Below the pieces are notes generated by a model that saw only the letters and a list, made by a program, of their open reading frames with translations, had not been told where the DNA came from and searched no databases. The position numbers and the translations under genes were made by a program. 64,000 nt of DNA from Selaginella moellendorffii. Lineage: Eukaryota > Plantae > Lycopodiophyta. The stretch is taken from NCBI RefSeq assembly GCF_000143415.4, contig NW_003314330.1, forward strand, positions 186,001 through 250,000. The letters run 5' to 3'. Of the stretch, positions 50,630 through 62,618 are shown piece after piece (position 1 is the stretch's first letter; the number at the start of each line of letters is the position of its first letter).

Positions 50630-53600
50630 TTAATGAATCTCACCTTGAACCCGGGTTATGAATGCTCTTGCTGCATCTCTTGCATGGTCTAGCAAGGTGA
50701 TGGTGGCACTCTGCTTCCGCATCCAACCATGCACAACATTATCCACCGATATGCTCATGCTGGGATCCCTTGGATTCAGCACCCATCTCTTTTCTAGGCA
50801 ATCCTTCGTATATCCGGAACTTGGCTTGAACCACTCCACAGTTACATTGAAGGAGTTAGTTTTCGCGTCCTCCTCTGCATCAGTGATGCAGCGCCCTACC
50901 CATATCATTTGTTTTTTATTACTGGGTCTGACAAGCACGACCATTCCTTTGCAGACCTGTACTGGATTGAATGCTGAATCCGGCTTCTTGTTCCTCGGCC
51001 CACAATAGTGATCCTCAACATCGTTATCTGTCACTGCATTTCCAGAGGACATTGTTCCGCTACTATCTGGTGCTCTGGGTTCTGGCCAAAAGGACTCTTC
51101 CAATTCTTCATATACAACCGGCCCATTTTGGATAGCAGATATAATATTCTCCCAGTATTCGAGCAAAGGCTTGCACCTCTGAAAATAGGATTCTCCACCA
51201 AACACCAACCCCCTCTTCCAGAAGGCAATATGCTGTTTAATCCCAGCCACTATACTTTCCTGGTCTTTGAGTCCATCCGGGTGCATCGGCCGTGGGGAAC
51301 CCTAAGGAATCATAGGTTCCCCAGTTATGGGATCTCTCTTGAAGAGTTCAATGCCGTCCACTAGCAGCCACACTATGTCCCATTCTCTCATCTTGTACCT
51401 CATCACTGGAGCACCGTCACACATGCTGAAATGAAACTAAAGAGGCTTGGAGTGGCCAATCAGCGTTTCGGATCCGTCCCTGATGTAGCCTCTTACAAAC
51501 CCCTTAAAGTCTGGAACCTCTGTCACAAGTGCAACTTCAACAGTGCTTTTGATGCAATTTTGGAATTCATCGTAGAGTTGTGGGAGGGTGAGGACATTGG
51601 ATCGCCGGAGGGACTCTGCCAGGTGACTGAACATGGCATCGATGTCTTCATGAGTGTGCCCAACCATGAGAAAGCCAAGTGTAACCGTTTCAAATATGCC
51701 TTTGGCAACAAGCATCGCCAAGTACGCGAAGACGTACATGTTTTTGTTCTCACTGCCAGCATTGTCTGTTTGGAGCAGAAGATGGGGTGGAAGGCCACAT
51801 CGGCCGCAAGAACTTCCTTGAGATTCTGCTTCGTTTGGATGAGGCTGTGCATTCACCGGGCGACCAGCCTCGTCGGAATGGCATGAGGCCTCACGTGATA
51901 ACCCTACAATCTGACGGCCAACATATTCACTGGGATGGCATGGGGCCCCACACGATACTGCAAGCCTTTGCTCCTCCTCCAGCTGAACCTTGTATGGGGT
52001 TCGATCGACAAGGGCCTTATGCAAGGGTTAGCCGTTCAGCTCAGTCTGCGCACTTTGCAGAGACCTTAAGTGTTTTGCTAGGGACGCAATCATCATGTTT
52101 GCACCCCCGCCACCCCATAGAGGTACAAAGAAGTTCCCATAGTTCTGGGCACCATGCCCATGAGCGATTATGCCAAACAGAGACACAGGCAGCTGCATGG
52201 ATGAAGAGATTGCCTTGGGGGCAGGATTGAGTCGAAGTAAACATGTCTTTTTCTGGTCCATTTTGTCGTGGATGATGCAGAGGTAAGAGTCAGGTCTCTC
52301 CATGGAGAGAATCCTGTTATGATAATATGCAGTCCTGCAGCTTCTCTGCTCGATGTTGTGGTCGAGCCGCCTTCTAACCAACGTCTCTCGCTCTTGAGCG
52401 CTGCAAGAATTCTTCGACAAAGCCATTTTGATAGCAGTGCACTCGTCACACTTTGAAAAGCTGGAGTACTTTCCTATACTCACATCCCTGAACTTGTTGT
52501 TCCACAATCTACTAAATCTAGATTGGCTTAGCCTCCTGTAGCCATTACTCTGGAGTTCCCGATTCACATCTTCCAATATGGCCCCCTTGGTATACATGGA
52601 AGGGAGAACTAGTTGGGTGTCTCGTGTTCCATCTTCCAAGAGGCGGGTTTTATGTGGTTGCTGCTCGCTACATGTCTCGACAAACCTCTTGAAGATTGCC
52701 TCTCCATATACAACATGACCCCTGGTTTTGTGCGTACCATCGTTCCCATGGACTGCCTGTTGAACCCTTTGTTCCTCGAACTCAGTTTTGATTCTGTAGA
52801 ATGTGGTTCGAGGGACTCCATAAATGATTCTCCATGCCTTCATGCAGACCAAACCCCTCTGGAAGACCATGCCCCCCACCTGATGTTCTGAAGCATCAAC
52901 AGATGACCGTAATGCCTCATACACAAAATTGCGAGTTGCCTTCCAGGACAATGTCTTGTATCTTGCTCTCTCCTCTTCAATAGCATCCCAATCAGCATGT
53001 TGACAGCACCTCCTCTTGCAACAAGCAACTGTCGAGACCATTCGAACCTCCATCGCCATTTTCTGCCTTTTCGGTTCGTTGCTCAGATCCCTTTGGCTGC
53101 ACTTTAGAAAGGTGTACTTTCTTTTCCCATGAAGAGATGTTCTGTCATCAGTTGTAGTGGTGTTTGATTGTGAATCCTTCACATTCTCAAACACTAAGTG
53201 CCTCAATTTCCACCGCACAATGCTTCCAATAGTCAGACTGTTTTCTTCTGTGTCAACAACCTCTAAAATCGCAACTCCAATATCATCCCAGCCCAATTCT
53301 TGATTAGCAACCGCATCTCTTGGATCGACAACTGTGGCTAAGCCCTCAGCTACCACCTCCCCCTCGGGGTTGTTTAGAAACACCTTCACCTGAATCCATG
53401 TAGCACGGTTTTTAAGATCCACGGAGGGAACATGCGTCGCACTTGCGCTGTCCCCAACATCTGCTTTCTTCTGAAGATTTTTCAAGGCAACAACAACATT
53501 TACCCCGACGACCATCTCTCCTCGTTCAATAGCGACCACATTCCCATCGAAGACAGTCTCTACTGATACAACAGCATTGCCTTCCCCAAGGCTTTGACAG

Positions 53601-53698
53601 TGTATAACAAAGTTCCGATCCATAGACACAAGGGTCCCTTTTGCAACTCTCTTCCCACCATTCAAAATGTAAACCTTTTCCCCAACCCTGAAGGCCAT
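50630..53698 (-). pseudogene. Sola-like DDD transposase (1022 codons, single frame, three premature stops)
   Basis: CCKRRC and FSKCDEC Cys clusters; catalytic-type blocks IIHDKMDQKKT, LQTDNAGSENKN, FLMVGHTHEDIDAMFS. The three annotated ORFs are one frame broken by TAA 52028-52030, TAG 51437-51439 and TAG 51302-51304. Confidence 0.82.
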
Positions 53699-54993
53699 TC
53701 TGAAAGTGCAGAAAAGAAGTTAAGACCATACAAAAAATGATTGGAGAATGGCCTAAATCATAACATACCAAACAACCTCAATAGCATGAGGCCACATGCC
53801 ATTATTCAAACATGCTATTGACACCCACGTGAAATTTCGCATTCACAAAATTGGCATGAGGCCTCATGCCCTCTTGATATACACACAGCTGCAAGCAAGT
53901 AAAAACATACATGACAATACGCTAGCCATGAAATTGCAAGGGCCCAAGATGGCATGTGGCCTCATGCCATTTCTAAATGTGGTCCTAAGCCATTCCATGG
54001 TGAACATACCAGGAAGCACAAGTGCCGAATATCAAGAGGAAGCGGTAGCCACACCAAAGACAGTGCCGCTCGCAACACCGCAACTACTCGTAGTGCCGCT
54101 CGCAACACCGCAACTGCTCATAGCGCCACTCGCACAAACTGCCACTCGCATAAACTGCCGCTCGCAATGGCGCTCGCAATGCCGCAACCGCTCGTAGACG
54201 CATAAACCACAGCCCACAACGCCGCTTACACAAGCAGCACTCACTGCGCTCAGCGGAACCAAGAACACGGCGCACAAAAATGATAGACCTAGGAATGAGT
54301 TCGAGAATTCAAAAATAACACACGCTTGAACGTCACATCAAATCCTCTGACAAACCAGATCTTATGATTCCTCTGACAAATTTCAAACTGAGTAGCTTCT
54401 AGACTTTGCTGTCGGAGGTTGAACTTTGTCACATCATGTCCTTGCCTCGATCCAGCTGTGCCATGTCAGTGATTCGAACTTTGCCATGCCATGTCAGCGA
54501 TCCGCGCCAAGATTATTCGCCGTGTAAAGAAATAATTATGCTGTGTGTGTACGTCCATTTATGGCAATATAAGGCCACACGCCATTCAAAGAATAATGCT
54601 AGTCGAGCATTTTTTGGTGCATTTTTGGGTTCAAAATTGCATGAGCCCACACGCTATAAAGTTTATCTGCACCAAAAATAGAAACAGCTTTATTTACTTG
54701 GGAATTTAAGTGGTTGAGGCATTTTTAAACTTACAAACACATGCCCTACTTACATTCCTTTGGTTGCTTAAAATTCAAAAATATTATAAACCTTTCTTTT
54801 TGCATTTTCAATGTTTTCAATTATGGTTTTTGATTTTCGCAGGACCAGCCTAGTAATCTATTTGCATCCCGTCATGTTTATAGCTAGCTTTCGTTTGTCC
54901 CCTTCGCTAGCCTGAGATACATCTGCTCGGCATCTGCCTCTTACAGCATTTGCCCAGAAAGGGCATCTTTCTTCACGCAGCATTTGCCACATG

Positions 54994-55019
54994 TTTAGGG
55001 TTTAGGGTTTAGGGTTTAG
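54994..55019 (+). repeat. short plant telomere-type repeat (TTTAGGG)3.7
   Basis: tttagggtttagggtttagggtttag. Confidence 0.85.
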
Positions 55020-56642
55020 CAATTCAGTAGCTTGATAAACATGCAAATATAGAACTTGATGCAAAATCCTTTGATATGTCACAATGCCCCTAGGACCATA
55101 AACACATTTCAATAGAGAGGGTCTTTTCATTTCATAACTCCTTACGTAGATCTTGGTGAAACCAGAGTTAGTGAAGTTGGTTTCTTGTGATCCCACATCT
55201 GATTGTGATGTCCCTTTGCAGTGTCGATGGAAAGGTCAATCCACACCAAACTGTAAAATCTTGGAGCAAAATAACGGTCGGATCTATGGCAAATGCCCCT
55301 GAAACATTGTAAGGCTCGTGTGGTCTCATGTGGTGTCCGATCGAGATGCTTCTTTGCAGGGTCATCAAGAAAGACATTGTATACCATTCTGTAAAATCTA
55401 GTTGCGATCTAACGGTTGGATCTCCAGAAAACTCAAAAAACTCTCGCGCATGTCAGAATATCCTAGAAATATACTCCTATGTGACCCTGAAAATGGCATG
55501 CGGCCCCACGCCATTCAAGAGATAACGGCAGATGACGCCGAGAATTTTTTGGCGCATTTTTTGGGTTCAAAATTGCATGAGCCCACACGCTATAAAGTTT
55601 ATCTTTGCCAAATAGAGAAAAGTTTATCTGTGTCATGTGAGGTAGTTACAGTCCTTTGTGCTCGACATCTGCCTCTTGCAGCATTTGCACTGAAAGGGAA
55701 TTTTTCTCCAGTCAGCATTTGGCCCTGAAAATGGCATGCACCCATACGCCATTCAAGGAATAACGCCACAGGATGCCTGGATTTTTGGGTTTAAAATGTT
55801 TAGGGTTTTTTGGGTTTTTTCAAAATATTTTGGGTCCAATGTTTTTTGGGCTTCTTTGGTTCAAAATTGCATGAGCCCACACGCTATAATATTGATTTGA
55901 GAGAAAAATAGAAACAGATAGAATTTCTTTATTTAGCTGAACATCTGCCATTTTTGGAAATACAAGATGCTTTGGAATATCCAATCATGCATGGTATAAA
56001 TATAGCGAGGGTATTAAATGATATCCCAATCATGATCTTTCTTTTGGATTTTGCGTGCATGCAGTCCGAGGAATGATGACGTTGCGGATTTCTTTTGGAT
56101 TTTGCATGCTTGCATGCGCGCGGCAATCCAGAAATTAATGGTGGCGCCCAAGTCCGAGGAATAATGACGTGGCAGGATTACCAACCGTTGTGACATTTCG
56201 CGCGTGTGAGGTTAGGTTTTGCATTTTGCTTCGTACTTGCGCTCGCACACTCGCGCTCGCGCTCACGCTCGCACACTCGCGCTCGCGCTCGCATCACACT
56301 CGCGCTCCCGCTCGCATCGCGCTCCCACTCGCGATCACGCTCACTTCTCTACAGGTTTCTCGTGTGCATCGGCATCCACTCGCGCTTGCATCACACTTGC
56401 GCTCGCATCGCGCTCGTGTGCATCGGCGTCCACTTCAAGACACACCCAGTTTGTAACTTCGCCGCCAACTCCGCCGCCCACTCTGCCACCCACACGCAGC
56501 CCACTTGGCGTCCCGGGAGATTTCAGCGCCACTCTCCAACTGTAAGTGGCAGAGTAGCCTTGCTACTACGATCCGCTGCACACACAGTGCACATTCGCCA
56601 GCGAGTCCGGCCTCGATTGTCACGGCCTTCATTCGGCTTCAA

Positions 56643-59600
56643 ATGGTAAGTCTTTTAGGCCAAGTAGAAAATGGCATGAGGCCACATGCCATTCAGTAGC
56701 AACATTGGCATGCATCGATTGGGCTCTCGAGTGCAGTCCGGTTACAGATGGCATGTAGCCTCACGCCATCTTAGGATGCAGCCTCAAGATATCTGATGCA
56801 GTGGTGAATGGCGTGTGGCCTCACGTTATTTCCAGCTGCTAGTTTTTCATCTGTCAGCTCTAATTGTTGTGCATTTCTGAACAGGCAAGGAATTGCATTC
56901 TTCTTCCAGCCACTGTCAATGTGGATGCAGAGAAGGGGGAGGAGCTCTCCAGTTGGACTTTCGGGATGGAAGGCGAGGATCTGAGGCTGTACAACACAGA
57001 TGGTGGGAGAAAAGAATGCATGGGGATCCTCATCCAAGTGACAGACACTCCATGCAGTTCCATGCAAGAATATGGACTGGCACTTGTGGTAAAGACAGCG
57101 TCCGCCTTCAAGATCCACCTTGCACATCCTAGCGGCTTCCTGGAGGGGGGCAGCGGCTATGAAGAATTCCTAGAGGGAGCTAGGGAGAGGTTGTCCAGGA
57201 GGCCCACAATTTCAAAGATGCTGCGGGTCTATGAAGATCACATGGAATCCACGGACCTCACCTACGGCGATGTTCAAAAACTATATTCCAACATTGAGCC
57301 GTTGAGAGTGCCTCCAGTTCGCGAAGCGAAGGGGAAGGGGGTCGATCTGGAAACTACCCCGAAGCAGAAAAGGGTGGTCAAGCTCAAGCCGACATCCGAC
57401 TCTCTTGCTCCAAAAAAGAAGCTACTCGGTGATGCCATTGCCTCGGGTTCGAACACTACACCCACCAAAAAGAAGAGCCGCAAAGAGCAGAAAGAGCAAG
57501 AAGAGGTAGCAAAAATCGTCGCAGATAATAGTACGTGTTACTATTCCAACAAAGTATATACAATCGACGTGAGCCGTATCGACATCCAAAGAAAATACAA
57601 CCACAGGCTAGTATCTGATGAGTGGGTGGAGAAACTGAAGCAGAAGATGCTGGCAAGTCCAGTAACACCCGACATCGCAGACGTGATCCCCTACTACCGA
57701 ACAATGAAGGGCGAGACGAGGTTTCCAGACTTGATCAATAGGAAGGTGTTGGACGATCAGAACATCCAGTTCTATGCCGTCTCCGGGCAGCATTCTAGCT
57801 TGGCGATGCAAGAGATAGTTCTGGATATTATGGTGGGCGAGGAGGTGAAGAAAGTCTTCAAGACAAGAGTTGTCCGCCTGATAAAAGGCAACTCGCCCCT
57901 CCGATCTATCATATCCATCTCCCACGCGCAGAATGTCAAGCAAGAAACGTGCTACAAATCGGGTCTGCACGAGACATTGGCACGAACACGGAAGCTTTGG
58001 GTTCAACTGAAGAAGCCACAAAAACCAGGACAAGGATGTGCACTAGCAACTAGCGCCTGGTAGGTAAGCCTCGTTGCATGTGGCATAGCATGTGGCCTCA
58101 CGCCATTTCCATTGCAGGAATTCTCAAGTCTTCTCTCGAAAACACTGGGGGTCAATGACACACTCAGCATCCATAACATTCTACTCGCGACAAAAGCTAT
58201 TTTTGACAAATGGGTAGATGTGCTGAGGAGGTACCATGACGGGGAGTTGCTAAACTCAATGGGTGTGGAGGACGGTCGAAAGCCCAATGATTTGAAGCTC
58301 AACACCTTGCGTTTTTCGTGGTCTCTAGACGACGACGACCTTCTGACAGTGGCTAATGCTCTTCTACGTGGTGAGGTAGTCTTCAAAAAGACCAAAATGA
58401 CTCCCGGCCATATTGTGACATACGAGGACTTGTGCACGACTCTGAGAGCTCGTGCGCTATTGAAGGATTGGATCTTCGAGCAAGTGGCCGTGGAGAGGGT
58501 GAGCATCGACACCACGCAAGAGATGATGGAAGAGCTGGAGTTGTCAAATGAAGACATCGACGACTACGTGAAGGGGGCCCCCAAGTTCATTGATCTGCTG
58601 CGGGATGCCACAAAAAGTAAAGCTGAGAAGTTGGATCAGTATCCAAATTTCATTAAGAGGGATGTCGACCGCCGGCTTCAGAAACAGCTCGACCCCGCAG
58701 CAGAGGCCTATCGAGAACCTTACCGGGTATACGTGAATTCGGATGAGGATCAAAGGTGGAGGAGCATCGTTTCCCGCGGAGATGAGCAAGTCAAGAACAT
58801 CTTTTGTGTGATGGACTTCACAAACGAGGAGATCACTCATGCAGACGAAGTCAGCTCCATCATTGACTTAATGGTGGGACTTGCGGAGGTGGAATCTTCA
58901 GTCCACTATATGATCTACGACTCCGAATCCTATCACAAGTTCTGGAAGGCCTTGAACGAGGTGAAGGCTCGGTTGAAAGGCAAGGAGATGCAGAAGATCC
59001 ATGGGATAATGGCTAAGAAGAAGATACCGACGAATGTCCACATCTTCACACTCGCCCTTGTTATTGGTCTTACAGCAGAGTGGGACTGGAGTGACTTCCT
59101 AGCTTCGTTCGACAAGGCCGATCGAATTGATCTGAGGGAGGTCAATTTACCCGTGCCTAAGGAACTGAAGACAGCTATGGAGCTTTTGAATCCAGAGAAA
59201 GCTCCAGGTGCAGCATGGGAAATGCTCAGCTGGGTCTTCAACGCAATAGCAGCTGCTTCCGACTCCAAGGGCAAATGCGTTGTCGAGTACAACTGCGGCG
59301 GACTATTCTTTCGAGCCGCACTACTCAAGGGTGTCCCGTGTGTTGCGGTGACAAACTCCATTGAAGAGGTGACTTCAATGAAGCATATAATTACAGTTGC
59401 CAAAGAAAAACAGTATCTTCTCTGCGAACCTGGTGAGTACGCACTTTAAGTTTAAATGTTATCTCACAAGCTCTGTATGCAGGAGCATGGCCACCCCCAG
59501 ATGCTGAAACGGCGTTAACAGCTACTGTTAAAGATACCCATGTTAGGCCGAGCTCACAACCTGCACAAGGTAAGGTCACGTGAGGCCTCACGCCATTTTG

Positions 59601-62172
59601 ATTATAGATCGTTGTGAATATTCAGACACGAGGACTGAAAAGCGCACTGGTGGCGCGTCGAAGAAGGACAAACAGACAAGCAATAGGAAAAAAGGAGGTA
59701 CAAATTATATTTGCAATGGCGTGTGGTCTCATGCCATTCCTTGCAGGAGACATTTCTTCAAAGGCAAAACAGGCAAGCACCAGCCAAGCTCAAACTGACA
59801 GTGGTCATAAAAAGCGAAAGCACGTTGGACAGTCGTTGGGATCAGAGGCGTTTGATTCGAAAAGGAAGAAGGGCAACGAAAAGATGATAGGTAATGCCTT
59901 GCGGTCACCACCTCCTGACTCAGATTCCTATGGTGGACTCCCCTTCCCCAATCTCAATGGAGAGGTACAATGGATGAGGGATGCTTTTCAAGTCAGGGCC
60001 ATGTTTTTCTCATCTCGTTGTCTTCGAAGGGTGCAAGAACGTGCAGAAACCATGTTAAGACAGTCGGGTGAGGATACGGTCCTAGGTCACGCACTAAAAC
60101 AGGCTATGGATGTCTTGTATTTTGAGATGGAGACTCGGCCAGATGATTTTCCCAAGATGGTCCTGGAAGAACAAGCCATCCAGCCTGAGCAGCCTATGGA
60201 AGAAATGCAGGAGGGGGATGAGGAGCCAGAGAAAGATAATGAGCAGGAAGAGCAGAAGGACGAAGAGGAGGACAAAGAAGAGGAGGACGAAGAAGAGGAG
60301 GACGAAGAGGACTTGGATGGTCTTCACAATGGTGATGATCACAATAACGACGACGACGATGATGACGACGATGGCCAGCCTGAGGTGGCCAAAGAGCAGC
60401 GGAGGAAGGTCATACAAGACAAACCATCAGGTAAATAATAGTACATCCATTCCTAACCTTTTACCATTTCTAACATTGTCCATGTAGGTTGCAAAGCAAA
60501 TGGTAAGTAGAGATTATTCAGTTGAATTAAGATACAAACTCTAGCCTTTAGTGTCGAGGAAGGATAGTGCCAAGCAAGGGTCGAAACGTATGTCCAATCC
60601 TTCAGAATCAGCAGTGTGCCCAAGTGATATCGGTCCTAGTTCCTCAATAGCAGTTGATGGTAAATACAGTATAATCGATTCAATGTGCTAATGAGTTTGT
60701 TTTTAGTAGCCAGTAGGGAGGATACCATCTCAATCGAAGGGAGATATTTGGATATGCATATGGATCCGCCAGTGGAATCTACTTGCCTGCAAGAGTCATC
60801 AGAGCTGGTGGAGGCTACTATCCATATCAACGCCAAGCAAGTTGACCACGCTCCACTTGATGCTGCCCATACCACTGAGTCAATCTTGTCCACGTATCCA
60901 ACTGACCGCCCCAGCCGCCGAGCCGGTCGTATCCTCATTTCCAATGGACTCAATGTGTGCCCAATCGTCTGACTACACGCCGTTGGAACCTCCCTACACC
61001 GCCTCTGCTGCCTGTTCGGTCATGTCCACTTTGCCAACGGAGGCACCAGCTGAAATGGCGTGTGATCACACGCCATCGGAACCACCCCATGCCACTGTTG
61101 AGCCAGTTGTACCAGAGTCTACAGCTGAAATGGCATGTGCCCACACGCCATCGGATGCGATTGACCCCACATTGCAGAGGAGAGTATTTCCGCCCTTCAC
61201 GTTTCCTCGACCAAAACCCTCTCAACGACCATCGGGAGCACCATTCGCTAATATTGTAGATGGTAAAATTGACTTGTACCATTTTTTATGCTGACGCATT
61301 TCATTTCAGAGTCACGGCGAAGGTACTGTATCGTTTTTGATCTGAACGGTGTCCTTTTCTCCCATGAGCGTGGCTCGTCCTCGAATGTCACTGCACCCTC
61401 GAAAGCCTGCGGTCGCAAGTTGGTCAAAAGAGACAGATTCACATTAATCACACGGGAGAAACTGCGGGATCTAATAATGACCATGTGACACTTAAAACAG
61501 GGGGCCGGGTTCAATTTGCAATTGGGAGTTTGGACATCCATGATGCGCCACAATGCATTAACGTTGCTACAGATGATGCACGATCAGACGCGAGTAATAT
61601 TACCATTTGACTTTCTCCTAACGCAGGAGGATTGCTTGACTATGGTCCATGTGAGGGGTAGCAAGCCCATCTTCGTCAAGCCAGAGGCTGTAGTGATGAA
61701 CCGGACTGCTAGGTCAAGTGAAATCCTCATCATCGATGACTCGCCGATTAAAACTGCAGCGAACACGCACACATATGCAATGCACCCCATCTCTTGCAGT
61801 ATGGAAACTAGGGAGAAGAAACCATATGTTCTGGGGGACCTTGCAAAACGGCTTGGAGCGATGGTGATAGAGAACCGGCCAGTCCAGGAGGTGGCTGCAG
61901 AAATCAACCAAATGGTAGATGGAACGGTATATCAGAAGCCATTTGATCGGACAGACACCAGTCATCATTTATGGCATGTATATTGTCTAGCCAAGCACTA
62001 TCCGCATCTCCATAATCTGCTCAACCGGATGGGTTCTTCGACCACTGAACATGAGCGTGGACGTATTAGAGAAGAGATGGCATTACTATTGGGCTTAAAT
62101 CATGATAGTGTGGAGAGTGATGAAATTCCAAGATTATTGTATAGGCGTTGGAGGCAAAAAATAACAGTCTGA
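56643..62172 (+). pseudogene. multi-exon transposon cargo gene: ParB/Srx-like, degenerate Rossmann MTase-like, acidic tract, FCP1/NIF-type HAD domain
   Basis: ATG 56643 then GT-AG introns 56646-56884, 58064-58117, 59433-59482, 59570-59625, 59698-59746 and more. Motifs: IDVSRIDI...RLVSDEWVEKLK...FYAVSGQHS; CVVEYNCGGLFFRAALLKGVPCVAV; IVFDLNGVL...VWTS...QEDC...FVKP...IIDDSPIK. Stops TAG 58061-58063 and TGA 61486-61488. Whether the HAD exon is the same gene is inferred. Confidence 0.7.
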
Positions 62173-62618
62173 GATGGCATGTATTTATTTAAAAATGTAA
62201 CTTATTATGGCATGGGGTTCCATGCCATTGTATTAATATTAAAAGACAATTCTTTGAGAGGATTTGCATTATACTAGAAGTGTTACAACATGTTATTGGA
62301 AGTCTACGAAGTTGTTTTATTAATAAGGGGAAAGTAAAGATTGAATGGGGACTTGGGCTCCACCTAGACTCGGAGCAACTGAGCCAATATTAAAAGGATG
62401 GAAAGAAATTGGACGACGATGACAAGGAGAAGAGAGAGGTGAAGCAGTGGCAGGGGGAGGAGAAGTGATTGAGTAGACATTTCCTTGTTTAAAATAAAAT
62501 GGCATGTGCCTCAATGCAGTTGAATTTTGTTATATTTATATACTATATAAAGGTTTGGAAACTTTATTTTACAAGTGGGATAATGACAATTCCCACTTTA
62601 ACGAAATAGAGCTTTCTA

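Larger units (their letters stand above)
49426..62614. mobile_element. 13.2-kb TIR DNA transposon, Sola-like, with cargo gene
   Basis: Perfect 24-bp TIR AAGCTCTATTTCGTTAAAGTGGGA (49426-49449 / 62591-62614); 4-bp TSD TCTA (49422-49425, 62615-62618); internal DDD transposase; related MITE at 38098. Confidence 0.9.

Noticed and set aside
54994-55019. Real telomere or chromosome fusion site
   Set aside because: Fewer than four units, one orientation, inside a TIR element.
50630-61488. U-to-C RNA editing or an alternative genetic code restoring the stops
   Set aside because: Nuclear TE with spliceosomal introns; neighbouring genes end in TAA/TAG normally; cytosine deamination is simpler.
51878-62228. 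22-bp palindromes as miRNA hairpins or introner elements
   Set aside because: Stems are only 8 bp; copies also occur in exons and intergenic DNA and do not define intron ends; no TSDs seen.
62320-62514. Small Pro/Ser-rich ORF near the right TIR
   Set aside because: No clear ATG context or convincing homologue in the window.
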